A stretch of DNA of 64,000 bases from positions 19,592,001 to 19,656,000 of the forward strand of contig OZ024741.1 of NCBI GenBank assembly GCA_964016885.1, read 5' to 3'. Position 1 is the first letter of the stretch. Each line of letters begins with the position of its first letter. Source of the DNA: Eledone cirrhosa (taxonomy: Eukaryota). Positions 25,053 to 43,000 of this stretch are shown here, piece by piece. Under the pieces are notes generated by a model. It was not told the origin of the DNA. It saw only the letters and a program-made list of their open reading frames with translations, and made no database searches. A program made the position numbers and the translations under genes.

Positions 25053-28000
25053 ACAACAACAACAAACATAACAACTAATACCATCAACAACAACAACACC
25101 AATACCATCAACAACAACACCAATATCATCAAAAACAACACCACCAATACCATCAACAACAACACCAATACCAACAACAACAACAACACCAATACCATCA
25201 ACAACAACAACACCAATACCATCAACAACAACACCACCAATAACAACAACAACAACAACACCATTACCATAAACAACAACACCACCAATACCATCAACAA
25301 CAACACCAATATCATCAACAACAACACCACCAATACCATCAACAACAACACCATTACCATCAACAACAACACCACCGATACCAACAACAACAACACCATT
25401 ACCATCAACAACAACAAACATAACAACTAATACCATCAACAACAACAACACCAATACCATCAACAACAACACCAATATCATCAAAAACAACACCACCAAT
25501 GCCATCAACAACAACACCATTACCATCAACAACAACACCACCAATACCAACAACAACAACACCACCAATACCATCAACAACAACACCAATACCATCAACA
25601 ACAACAACACCAATACCATCAACAACATCAACACCAATACCATCAACAACAACACCACCAATGCCATCAACAACACCACCAATGCCATCAACAACAACAC
25701 CATTACCATCAACAACAACACCACCAATACCAACAACAACAACACCACCAATACCATCAACAACAACACCAATACCATCAACAACAACAACACCAATACC
25801 ATCAACAACAACAACACCAATACCATCAACAACAACACCACCAATACCATCAACAACAACACCATTACCATCAACAACAACACCACCGATACCAACAACA
25901 ACAACACCATTACCATCAACAACAACACCACCGATACCAACAACAACAACACCAATACCATCAACAACAACACCACCAATACCATCAACAACAACACCAA
26001 TATCATCAACAACAACACCACCAATACCATCAACAACAACACCACCGATACCAACAACAACAACACCAATACCATCAACAACAACACCAATACCATCAAC
26101 AACAACACCACCAATACCATCAACAACAACACCATTACCATCAACAACAACAGCACCAATACCATTAATAACAACACCAATACCATCAACATCAACACCA
26201 CAAATACCAACAACAACAACACCACCATTACCATCAACAACAACACCACCGATACCAACAACAACAACACCAATACCATCAACAACAACACCACCAATAC
26301 CAACAACAACACCACCAATACCATCAACAACAACACCACCAATACCAACAACAACAACACCACCAAGACCAACAACAACAACACCAATACCATCAACAAC
26401 AACATCACCAATACCAACAACAACAACACCATTACCATCAACAACAACACCACCAATACCATCAACAACAACACCAATACCATCAACAACAACACCACCG
26501 ATACCAACAACAACAACACCATTACCATCAACAACAACACCACCAATACCATCAATAACAACACCACCAGTACCATCAACAACAACACCACCAATACCAT
26601 CAACACAAATACCATCAACAACAACAACACCAATACCAACAACAACAACAACACCAATACTATCAACAACAACAACAACAACACCAATACCAACAACAAC
26701 AACACCAATACCATCAACAACAACACCACCAATACCATCAACAACAACAACACCAATACCATCAACACAAATACCATCAACAACAACAACACCAATACCA
26801 ACAACAACAACAACACCAATACCATCAACAACAACACCAATACCATCAACAACAACAACACCAATACGATCAACAACAACAACACCAATACCATCAACAA
26901 CAACAACAACACCAATACCAACAACAACAACAACACCAATACCATCAACAACAACAACAAAAACAATACCAACAACAACAACAACACCAATACCATCAAC
27001 AACAACAACACCAATACCATCAACACAAATACCATCAACAACAACAACACCAATACCAACAACAACAACAACACCAATACCATCAACAACAACACCAATA
27101 CCAACAACAACAACAACACCAATACCATCAACAACAACAACAACACCAATACCATCAACAACAACACCACCAATACCATCAACAACAACAACACCAATAC
27201 CATCAACACAAATACCATCAACAACAACAACACCAATACCAACAACAACAACAACACCAATACCATCAACAACAACACCAATACCATCAACAACAACAAC
27301 ACCAATACGATCAACTACAACAACACCAATACCATCAACAACAACAACAACACCAATACCATCAACAACAACAACACCAATACCATCAACAACAACAACA
27401 ACACCAATACCAACAACAACAACAACACCAATACCATCATCAACAACAACACCAATACCATCAACAACAACAACAACACCAATACCATCAACAACAACAA
27501 CACCAATACCATCAACAACAACAACACCAATACCATCAACAACAACAGCACCAATACCATCAACAACAACAACACCAATACCATCAACAACAACAACACC
27601 AATACCATCAACAACAACACCACCAATACCATCAACAACAACAACACCATTACCATCAACAACAACAACACCAATAACATCAACAACAACACCACCAATA
27701 CCATCAACAACAACACCACCAATACCATCAACAACAACACCACCAATACCATCAACAACAACACCACCGATACCAACAACAACAACACCACCAATACCAT
27801 CAACAACAACACCATTACCATCAACAACAACACCACCGATACCAACAACAACAACACCAATACCATCAACAACAACACCACCAATACCATCAACAACAAC
27901 ACCACCAATACCATCAACAACAACACCACCAATACCATCAACAACAACACCATTACCATCAACAACAACACCACCGATACCAACAACAACAACACCAATA

Positions 28001-31000
28001 TCATCAACAACAACACCACCAATACCATCAACAACAACACCACCGATACCAACAACAACAACACCAATACCATCAACAACAACACCAATACCATCAACAA
28101 CAACACCACCAATACCATCAACAACAACACCATTACCATCAACAACAACAGCACCAATACCATTAATAACAACACCAATACCATCAACATCAACACCACA
28201 AATACCAACAACAACAACACCACCATTACCATCAACAACAACACCACCGATACCAACAACAACAACACCAATACCATCAACAACAACACCACCAATACCA
28301 ACAACAACAACACCACCAATACCAACAACAACACCACCAATACCAACAACAACAACACCACCAATACCAACAACAACACCACCAATACCATCAACAACAA
28401 CACCACCAATACCAACAACAACAACACCACCAATACCAACAACAACATCACCAATACCAACAACAACAACACCATTACCATCAACAACAACACCACCAAT
28501 ACCATCAACAACAACACCAATACCATCAACAACAACACCACCGATACCAACAACAACAACACCATTACCATCAACAACAACACCACCAATACCATCAATA
28601 ACAACACCACCAATACCATCAACACAAATACCATCAACAACAACAACACCAATACCAACAACAACAACAACATCAATACTATCAACAACAACAACAACAA
28701 CACCAATACCATCAACAACAACACCACCAATACCATCAACAACAACAACACCAATACCATCAACACAAATACCATCAACAACAACAACACCAATACCAAC
28801 AACAACAACAACACCAATACCATCAACAACAACACCAATACCATCAACAACAACAACACCAATACCATCAACAACAACACCAATACCATCAACAACAACA
28901 ACACCAATACCATCAACAACAACAACACCAATACCATCAACAACAACAACAACACCAATACCAACAACAACAACAACACCAATACCATCAACAACAACAA
29001 CAACACCAATACCAACAACAACAACAACAACACCAATACCATCAACAACAACAACACCAATACCAACAACAACAACAACACCAATACCATCAACAACAAC
29101 AACACCAATACCAACAACAACAACAACACCAATACCATCAACAACAACACCAATAACATCAACAACAACAACACCAATACGATCAACAACAACAACACCA
29201 ATACCAACAACAACAACAACACCAATACCAACAACAACATCAACACAAATACCATCAACAACAACACCAATACCAACAACAACAACAACACCAATACCAT
29301 CAACAACAACACCAATACCAACAACAACAACAACACCAATACCATCAACAACAACAACAACACCAATACCATCAACAACAACACCACCAATACCATCAAC
29401 AACAACAACACCAATACCATCAACACAAATACCATCAACAACAACAACACCAATACCAACAACCACAACAACATCAATACCATCAACAACAACACCAATA
29501 CCATCAACAACAACAACACCAATACGATCAACAACAACAACACCAATACCATCAACAACAACAACAACACCAATACCATCAACAACAACAACACCAATAC
29601 CATCAACACAAATACCATCAACAACAACAACACCAATACCAACAACCACAACAACACCAATACCAACAACAACAACACCACCAATACCATCAACAACAAC
29701 AACACCAATACCAACAACAACAACAACAACACCAATACCAACAACAACAACACCAATACCAACAACAACAACACCACCAATACCATCAACAACAACAACA
29801 CCAATACCAACAACAACAACAACAACACCAATACCAACAACAACAACAACACCAATACCAACAACAACAACAACAACACCAATACCAACAACAACAACAA
29901 CAACACCAATACCAACAACAACAGCACCACCAATACCATCAACAACAACAACACCAATACCAACAACAACAACAACAACACCAATACCAACAACAACAAC
30001 AACACCAATACCAACAACAACAACAACAACACCAATACCAACAACAACAACAACAACACCAATACCAACAACAACAACAACAACACCAATACCAACAACA
30101 ACAACAACAACACCAATACCAACAACAACAACACCACCAATACCAACAACAACAACAACACCAATACCAACAACAACAACAACAACACCAATACCAACAA
30201 CACCAATACCAACAATACCAACAACACCAATACCATCAACAACAACAACACCAATACCAACAACAACAACAACAACACCAATACCATCAACAACAACAAC
30301 ACCAATACTAACAACAACAACAACACCAATACCAACAACAACGACACCAACAACAACAACAACACCAATACCAACAACAACAACAACAACAACACCAATA
30401 CCAACAACAACAACACCAATACCAACAACAACAACACCACCAATACCATCAACAACAACAACACCAATACCAACAACAACAACAACAACACCAATACCAA
30501 CAACAACAACAACACCAATACCAACAACAACAACAACAACACCAATACCAACAACAACAACAACAACACCAATACCAACAACAACAGCACCACCAATACC
30601 ATCAACAACAACAACACCAATACCAACAACAACAACAACAACACCAATACCAACAACAACAACAACACCAATACCAACAACAACAACAACAACACCAATA
30701 CCAACAACAACAACAACAACACCAATACCAACAACAACAACAACAACACCAATACCACCAACAACAACAACAACACCAATACCAACAACAACAACACCAC
30801 CAATACCAACAACAACAACAACACCAATACCAACAACAACAACAACAACACCAATACCAACAACACCAATACCAACAATACCAACAACACCAATACCATC
30901 AACAACAACAACACCAATACCAACAACAACAACAACAACACCAATACCATCAACAACAACAACACCAATACTAACAACAACAACAACACCAATACCAACA

Positions 31001-34000
31001 ACAACGACACCAACAACAACAACAACACCAATACCAACAACAACAACAACAACAACACCAATACCAACAACAACAACACCACCAATATCATCAACAACAA
31101 CACCACCAATACCACCAACAACAACAACAACAACACCAATACAAACAACAACAACACCAATACCAACAACAACAACAACACCAATACCAACAACAACAAC
31201 AACACGAATACCAACAACAACAACAACACCAATACCATCAACACCAACACCAATACCATCAACAACAACAACACCAATACCAACAACAACAACAACACCA
31301 ATACCATCAACAACAACAACACCAATAGCAACAACAACAACAACACGAATACCAACAACAACAACAACACCAATACCAACAACAACAACAACACCAATAC
31401 CATCAACAACAACAACACCAATACCAACAACAACAACAACAACACCAATACCAACAACAACAACACCAATACCAACAACAACAACACCACCAATACCATC
31501 AACAACAACAACACCAATACCAACAACAACAACAACACCAATACCATCAACAACAACAACACCAATACCAACAACAACAACAACAACACCAATACCAACA
31601 ACAACAACACCAATACCAACAACAACAACACCACCAATACCATCAACAACAACAACACCAATACCAACAACAACAACAACAACACCAATACCAACAACAA
31701 CAACAACACCAATACCAACAACAACAACAACAACACCAATACCAACAACAACAACAACAACACCAATACCAACAACAACAGCACCACCAATACCATCAAC
31801 AACAACACCACCGATACCAACAACAACAACACCAATACCATCAACAACAACACCACCAATACCATCAACAACAACACCACCAATACCATCAACAACAACA
31901 CCACCAATACCATCAACAACAACACCATTACCATCAACAACAACACCACCGATACCAACAACAACAACACCAATATCATCAACAACAACACCACCAATAC
32001 CATCAACAACAACACCACCGATACCAACAACAACAACACCAATACCATCAACAACAACACCAATACCATCAACAACAACACCACCAATACCATCAACAAC
32101 AACACCATTACCATCAACAACAACAGCACCAATACCATTAATAACAACACCAATACCATCAACATCAACACCACAAATACCAACAACAACAACACCACCA
32201 TTACCATCAACAACAACACCACCGATACCAACAACAACAACACCAATACCATCAACAACAACACCACCAATACCAACAACAACAACACCACCAATACCAA
32301 CAACAACACCACCAATACCAACAACAACAACACCACCAATACCAACAACAACACCACCAATACCATCAACAACAACACCACCAATACCAACAACAACAAC
32401 ACCACCAATACCAACAACAACATCACCAATACCAACAACAACAACACCATTACCATCAACAACAACACCACCAATACCATCAACAACAACACCAATACCA
32501 TCAACAACAACACCACCGATACCAACAACAACAACACCATTACCATCAACAACAACACCACCAATACCATCAATAACAACACCACCAATACCATCAACAC
32601 AAATACCATCAACAACAACAACACCAATACCAACAACAACAACAACATCAATACTATCAACAACAACAACAACAACACCAATACCATCAACAACAACACC
32701 ACCAATACCATCAACAACAACAACACCAATACCATCAACACAAATACCATCAACAACAACAACACCAATACCAACAACAACAACAACACCAATACCATCA
32801 ACAACAACACCAATACCATCAACAACAACAACACCAATACCATCAACAACAACACCAATACCATCAACAACAACAACACCAATACCATCAACAACAACAA
32901 CACCAATACCATCAACAACAACAACAACACCAATACCAACAACAACAACAACACCAATACCATCAACAACAACAACAACACCAATACCAACAACAACAAC
33001 AACAACACCAATACCATCAACAACAACAACACCAATACCAACAACAACAACAACACCAATACCATCAACAACAACAACACCAATACCAACAACAACAACA
33101 ACACCAATACCATCAACAACAACACCAATAACATCAACAACAACAACACCAATACGATCAACAACAACAACACCAATACCAACAACAACAACAACACCAA
33201 TACCAACAACAACATCAACACAAATACCATCAACAACAACACCAATACCAACAACAACAACAACACCAATACCATCAACAACAACACCAATACCAACAAC
33301 AACAACAACACCAATACCATCAACAACAACAACAACACCAATACCATCAACAACAACACCACCAATACCATCAACAACAACAACACCAATACCATCAACA
33401 CAAATACCATCAACAACAACAACACCAATACCAACAACCACAACAACATCAATACCATCAACAACAACACCAATACCATCAACAACAACAACACCAATAC
33501 GATCAACAACAACAACACCAATACCATCAACAACAACAACAACACCAATACCATCAACAACAACAACACCAATACCATCAACACAAATACCATCAACAAC
33601 AACAACACCAATACCAACAACCACAACAACACCAATACCATCAACAACAACAACACCAATACGATCAACAACAACAACACCAATACCATCAACAACAACA
33701 ACAACACCAATACCATCAACAACAACACCAATACCATCAACAACAACAACACCAATACGATCAACAACAACAACACCAATACCATCAACAACAACAACAA
33801 CACCAATACCAACAACAACAACAACACCAATACCATCATCAACAACAACACCAATACCATCAACAACAACAACAACACCAATACCAACAACAACAACACC
33901 ACAAATACCATCAACAACAACAACACCAATACCAACAACAACAACAACAACACCAATACCAACAACAACAACAACACCAATACCAACAACAACAACAACA

Positions 34001-37000
34001 ACACCAATACCAACAACAACAACACCACCAATACCATCAACAACAACAACACCAATACCAACAACAACAACAACAACACCAATACCAACAACAACAACAC
34101 CAATACCAACAACAACAACACCACCAATACCATCAACAACAACAACACCAATACCAACAACAACAACAACAACACCAATACCAACAACAACAACAACACC
34201 AATACCAACAACAACAACAACAACACCAATACCAACAACAACAACAACAACACCAATACCAACAACAACAGCACCACCAATACCATCAACAACAACAACA
34301 CCAATACCAACAACAACAACAACAACACCAATACCAACAACAACAACAACACCAATACCAACAACAACAACAACAACACCAATACCAACAACAACAACAA
34401 CAACACCAATACCAACAACAACAACACCACCAATACCAACAACAACAACAACACCAATACCAACAACAACAACAACAACACCAATACCAACAACACCAAT
34501 ACCATCAACAACAACAACACCAATACCAACAACAACAACAACACCAATACCACCAACAACAACAACAACACCAATACCAACAACAACAACAACAACACCA
34601 ATACCAACAACAACAACAACAACACCAATACCAACAACAACAACAACAACACCAATACCAACAACAACAGCACCACCAATACCATCAACAACAACAACAC
34701 CAATACCAACAACAACAACAACAACACCAATACCAACAACAACAACAACACCAATACCAACAACAACAACAACAACACCAATACCAACAACAACAACAAC
34801 AACACCAATACCAACAACAACAACACCACCAATACCAACAACAACAACAACACCAATACCAACAACAACAACAACAACACCAATACCAACAACACCAATA
34901 CCAACAATACCAACAACACCAATACCATCAACAACAACAACACCAATACCAACAACAACAACAACAACACCAATACCATCAACAACAACAACACCAATAC
35001 TAACAACAACAACAACACCAATACCAACAACAACGACACCAACAACAACAACAACACCAATACCAACAACAACAACAACAACAACACCAATACCAACAAC
35101 AACAACACCACCAATACCATCAACAACAACACCACCAATACCACCAACAACAACAACAACAACACCAATACAAACAACAACAACACCAATACCAACAACA
35201 ACAACAACACCAATACCAACAACAACAACAACACGAATACCAACAACAACAACAACACCAATACCATCAACACCAACACCAATACCATCAACAACAACAA
35301 CACCAATACCAACAACAACAACAACACCAATACCATCAACAACAACAACACCAATAGCAACAACAACAACAACACGAATACCAACAACAACAACAACACC
35401 AATACCAACAACAACAACAACACCAATACCATCAACAACAACAACACCAATACCAACAACAACAACAACAACACCAATACCAACAACAACAACACCAATA
35501 CCAACAACAACAACACCACCAATACCATCAACAACAACAACACCAATACCAACAACAACAACAACACCAATACCATCAACAACAACAACACCAATACCAA
35601 CAACAACAACAACAACACCAATACCAACAACAACAACACCAATACCAACAACAACAACACCACCAATACCATCAACAACAACAACACCAATACCAACAAC
35701 AACAACAACAACACCAATACCAACAACAACAACAACACCAATACCAACAACAACAACAACAACACCAATACCAACAACAACAACAACAACACCAATACCA
35801 ACAACAACAGCACCACCAATACCATCAACAACAACAACACCAATACCAACAACAACAACAACAACACCAATACCAACAACAACAACAACACCAATACCAA
35901 CAACAACAACAACAACACCAATACCAACAACAACAACAACAACACCAATACCAACAACAACAACAACAACACCAATACCAACAACAACAACAACAACACC
36001 AATACCAACAACAACAACACCACCAATACCAACAACAACAACAACACCAATACCAACAACAACAACAACAACACCAATACCAACAACACCAATACCAACA
36101 ATACCAACAACACCAATACCATCAACAACAACAACACCAATACCAACAACAACAACAACAACACCAATACCATCAACAACAACAACACCAATACTAACAA
36201 CAACAACAACACCAATACCAACAACAACGACACCAACAACAACAACAACACCAATACCAACAACAACAACAACAACAACACCAATACCAACAACAACAAC
36301 ACCAATACCAACAACAACAACACCACCAATACCATCAACAACAACAACACCAATACCAACAACAACAACAACAACACCAATACCAACAACAACAACAACA
36401 CCAATACCAACAACAACAACAACAACACCAATACCAACAACAACAACAACAACACCAATACCAACAACAACAGCACCACCAATACCATCAACAACAACAA
36501 CACCAATACCAACAACAACAACAACAACACCAATACCAACAACAACAACAACACCAATACCAACAACAACAACAACAACACCAATACCAACAACAACAAC
36601 AACAACACCAATACCAACAACAACAACAACAACACCAATACCAACAACAACAACAACAACACCAATACCAACAACAACAACACCACCAATACCAACAACA
36701 ACAACAACACCAATACCAACAACAACAACAACAACACCAATACCAACAACACCAATACCAACAATACCAACAACACCAATACCATCAACAACAACAACAC
36801 CAATACCAACAACAACAACAACAACACCAATACCATCAACAACAACAACACCAATACTAACAACAACAACAACACCAATACCAACAACAACGACACCAAC
36901 AACAACAACAACACCAATACCAACAACAACAACAACAACAACACCAATACCAACAACAACAACACCACCAATACCATCAACAACAACACCACCAATACCA

Positions 37001-40000
37001 CCAACAACAACAACAACAACACCAATACAAACAACAACAACACCAATACCAACAACAACAACAACACCAATACCAACAACAACAACAACACGAATACCAA
37101 CAACAACAACAACACCAATACCATCAACACCAACACCAATACCATCAACAACAACAACACCAATACCAACAACAACAACAACACCAATACCATCAACAAC
37201 AACAACACCAATAGCAACAACAACAACAACACGAATACCAACAACAACAACAACACCAATACCAACAACAACAACAACACCAATACCATCAACAACAACA
37301 ACACCAATACCATCAACAACAACACCAATACCATCAACAACAACAACACCAATACCATCAACAACAACAACACCAATACCAACAACAACAACAACACGAA
37401 TACCAACAACAACAACAACACCAATACCATCAACACCAACACCAATACCATCAACAACAACAACACCAATAGCAACAACAACAACAACACGAATACCAAC
37501 AACAACAACACTAATACCAACAACAACAACAACACCAATACCATCAACAACAACAACACCAATACCATCAACAACACCACCAATACCATCAACAACAACA
37601 ACACCAATACCAACAACAACAACAACACCAATACCATCAACAACAACAACACCAATACCAACAACAACAACAACACCAATACCATCAACAACAACAACAC
37701 CAATACCATCAACAACACCACCAATACCATCAACAACAACAACACCAATACCAACAACAACAACAACAACAACACGAATACCAACAACAACAACACCAAT
37801 ACCAACAACAACAACACCAATACCAACAACAACAACACCAATACCAACAACAACAAAAACACCAATACCAACAACAACAACAACACCAATACCATCAACA
37901 ACAACAACACCAATACCATCAACAACAACAACACCAATACCAACAACAACAACAACACCAATACCATCAACAACAACAACACCAATACCAACAACAACAA
38001 CAACACCAATACCATCAACAACAACAACACCAATACCATCAACAACACCACCAATACCATCAACAACAACAACACCAATACCAACAACAACAACAACAAC
38101 AACACGAATACCAACAACAACAACACCAATACCAACAACAACAACACCAATACCAACAACAACAACACCAATACCAACAACAACAAAAACACCAATACCA
38201 ACAACAACAACAACACCAATACCATCAACAACAACAACACCAATACCAACAACAACAACAACACCAATACCATCAACAACAACAACACCAATACCATCAA
38301 CAACAACAACACCAATACCATCAACAACACCACCAATACCATCAACAACAACAACACCAATACCAACAACAACAACAACAACAACACGAATACCAACAAC
38401 AACAACACCAATACCAACAACAACAACACCAATACCAACAACAACAACACCAATACCAACAACAACAACAACACCAATACCAACAACAACAACAACACCA
38501 ATACCATCAACAACAACAACACCAATACCAACAACAACAACAACACCAATACCATCAACAACAACAACACCAATACCATCAACAACACCACCAATACCAT
38601 CAACAACAACAACACCAATACCAACAACAACAACAACAACAACACGAATACCAACAACAACAACACCAATACCAACAACAACAACACCAATACCAACAAC
38701 AACAAAAACACCAATACCAACAACAACAACAACACCAATACCATCAACAACAACAACACCAATACCAACAACAACAACAACACCAATACCATCAACAACA
38801 ACAACACCAATACCATCAACAACAACAACACCAATACCATCAACAACACCACCAATACCATCAACAACAACAACACCAATACCAACAACAACAACAACAA
38901 CAACACGAATACCAACAACAACAACACCAATACCAACAACAACAACACCAATACCAACAACAACAACACCAATACCATCAACAACAACAACACCAATACC
39001 ATCAACAACAACAACAACACCAATACCAACAACAACAACAACACCAATACCATCATCAACAACAACACCAATACCATCAACAACAACAACAACACCAATA
39101 CCAACAACAACAACACCACAAATACCATCAACAACAACAACACCAATACCAACAACAACAACAACAACACCAATACCAACAACAACAACAACACCAATAC
39201 CAACAACAACAACAACAACACCAATACCAACAACAACAACACCACCAATACCATCAACAACAACAACACCAATACCAACAACAACAACAACAACACCAAT
39301 ACCAACAACAACAACACCAATACCAACAACAACAACACCACCAATACCATCAACAACAACAACACCAATACCAACAACAACAACAACAACACCAATACCA
39401 ACAACAACAACAACACCAATACCAACAACAACAACAACAACACCAATACCAACAACAACAACAACAACACCAATACCAACAACAACAGCACCACCAATAC
39501 CATCAACAACAACAACACCAATACCAACAACAACAACAACAACACCAATACCAACAACAACAACAACACCAATACCAACAACAACAACAACAACACCAAT
39601 ACCAACAACAACAACAACAACACCAATACCAACAACAACAACACCACCAATACCAACAACAACAACAACACCAATACCAACAACAACAACAACAACACCA
39701 ATACCAACAACACCAATACCATCAACAACAACAACACCAATACCAACAACAACAACAACACCAATACCAACAACAACAACAACAACACCAATACCAACAA
39801 CAACAACAACAACACCAATACCAACAACAACAACAACAACACCAATACCAACAACAACAACAACAACACCAATACCAACAACAACAGCACCACCAATACC
39901 ATCAACAACAACAACACCAATACCAACAACAACAACAACAACACCAATACCAACAACAACAACAACACCAATACCAACAACAACAACAACAACACCAATA

Positions 40001-43000
40001 CCAACAACAACAACAACAACACCAATACCAACAACAACAACACCACCAATACCAACAACAACAACAACACCAATACCAACAACAACAACAACAACACCAA
40101 TACCAACAACACCAATACCAACAATACCAACAACACCAATACCATCAACAACAACAACACCAATACCAACAACAACAACAACAACACCAATACCATCAAC
40201 AACAACAACACCAATACTAACAACAACAACAACACCAATACCAACAACAACGACACCAACAACAACAACAACACCAATACCAACAACAACAACAACAACA
40301 ACACCAATACCAACAACAACAACACCACCAATACCATCAACAACAACACCACCAATACCACCAACAACAACAACAACAACACCAATACAAACAACAACAA
40401 CACCAATACCAACAACAACAACAACACCAATACCAACAACAACAACAACACGAATACCAACAACAACAACAACACCAATACCATCAACACCAACACCAAT
40501 ACCATCAACAACAACAACACCAATACCAACAACAACAACAACACCAATACCATCAACAACAACAACACCAATAGCAACAACAACAACAACACGAATACCA
40601 ACAACAACAACAACACCAATACCAACAACAACAACAACACCAATACCATCAACAACAACAACACCAATACCATCAACAACAACACCAATACCATCAACAA
40701 CAACAACACCAATACCATCAACAACAACAACACCAATACCAACAACAACAACAACACGAATACCAACAACAACAACAACACCAATACCATCAACACCAAC
40801 ACCAATACCATCAACAACAACAACACCAATAGCAACAACAACAACAACACGAATACCAACAACAACAACACTAATACCAACAACAACAACAACACCAATA
40901 CCATCAACAACAACAACACCAATACCATCAACAACACCACCAATACCATCAACAACAACAACACCAATACCAACAACAACAACAACACCAATACCATCAA
41001 CAACAACAACACCAATACCAACAACAACAACAACACCAATACCATCAACAACAACAACACCAATACCAACAACAACAACAACACCAATACCATCAACAAC
41101 AACAACACCAATACCATCAACAACACCACCAATACCATCAACAACAACAACACCAATACCAACAACAACAACAACAACAACACGAATACCAACAACAACA
41201 ACACCAATACCAACAACAACAACACCAATACCAACAACAACAACACCAATACCAACAACAACAAAAACACCAATACCAACAACAACAACAACACCAATAC
41301 CATCAACAACAACAACACCAATACCATCAACAACAACAACACCAATACCAACAACAACAACAACACCAATACCATCAACAACAACAACACCAATACCAAC
41401 AACAACAACAACACCAATACCATCAACAACAACAACACCAATACCATCAACAACACCACCAATACCATCAACAACAACAACACCAATACCAACAACAAAC
41501 AACAACAACAACACGAATACCAACAACAACAACACCAATACCAACAACAACAACACCAATACCAACAACAACAACACCAATACCAACAACAACAAAAACA
41601 CCAATACCAACAACAACAACAACACCAATACCATCAACAACAACAACACCAATACCAACAACAACAACAACACCAATACCATCAACAACAACAACACCAA
41701 TACCATCAACAACAACAACACCAATACCATCAACAACACCACCAATACCATCAACAACAACAACACCAATACCAACAACAACAACAACAAACAACACGAA
41801 TACCAACAACAACAACACCAATACCAACAACAACAACACCAATACCAACAACAACAACACCAATACCAACAACAACAACAACACCAATACCAACAACAAC
41901 AACAACACCAATACCATCAACAACAACAACACCAATACCAACAACAACAACAACACCAATACCATCAACAACAACAACACCAATACCATCAACAACACCA
42001 CCAATACCATCAACAACAACAACACCAATACCAACAACAACAACAACAACAACACGAATACCAACAACAACAACACCAATACCAACAACAACAACACCAA
42101 TACCAACAACAACAACACCAATACCAACAACAACAAAAACACCAATACCAACAACAACAACAACAACACGAATACCAACAACAACAACAACAACAACACC
42201 AATACCAACAACAACAACAACACCAATACCAACAACAACAACACCAATACCATCAACAACAACACCAATACCAACAACAACAACAACACCAATACCAACA
42301 ACAACAACAACACCAATACCAACAACAACAACACCAATACCAACAACAACAACAACACCAATACCAACAACAACAACAACACGAATACCAACAACAACAA
42401 CAACACCAATACCAACAACAACAACAACACCAATACCAACAACAACAACACCAATACCAACAACAACAACAACACCAATACCAACAACAACAACAACACC
42501 AATACCAACAACAACAACAACACGAATACCAACAACAACAACAACACCAATACCAACAACAACAACAACACCAATACCAACAACAACAACACCAATACCA
42601 ACAACAACAACAACACCAATACCAACAACAACAACAACACCAATACCAACAACAACAACACCAATACCAACAACAACAACAACACCAATAGCAACAACAA
42701 CAACAACACGAATACCAACAACAACAACAACACCAATACCAACAACAACANNNNNNNNNNNNNNNNNNNNNNNNNNNNNNNNNNNNNNNNNNNNNNNNNN
42801 NNNNNNNNNNNNNNNNNNNNNNNNNNNNNNNNNNNNNNNNNNNNNNNNNNNNNNNNNNNNNNNNNNNNNNNNNNNNNNNNNNNNNNNNNNNNNNNNNNNN
42901 NNNNNNNNNNNNNNNNNNNNNNNNNNNNNNNNNNNNNNNNNNNNNNNNNNAACAACAACAACACCAATACCACAACAACAACAACACCATACCAACAACA

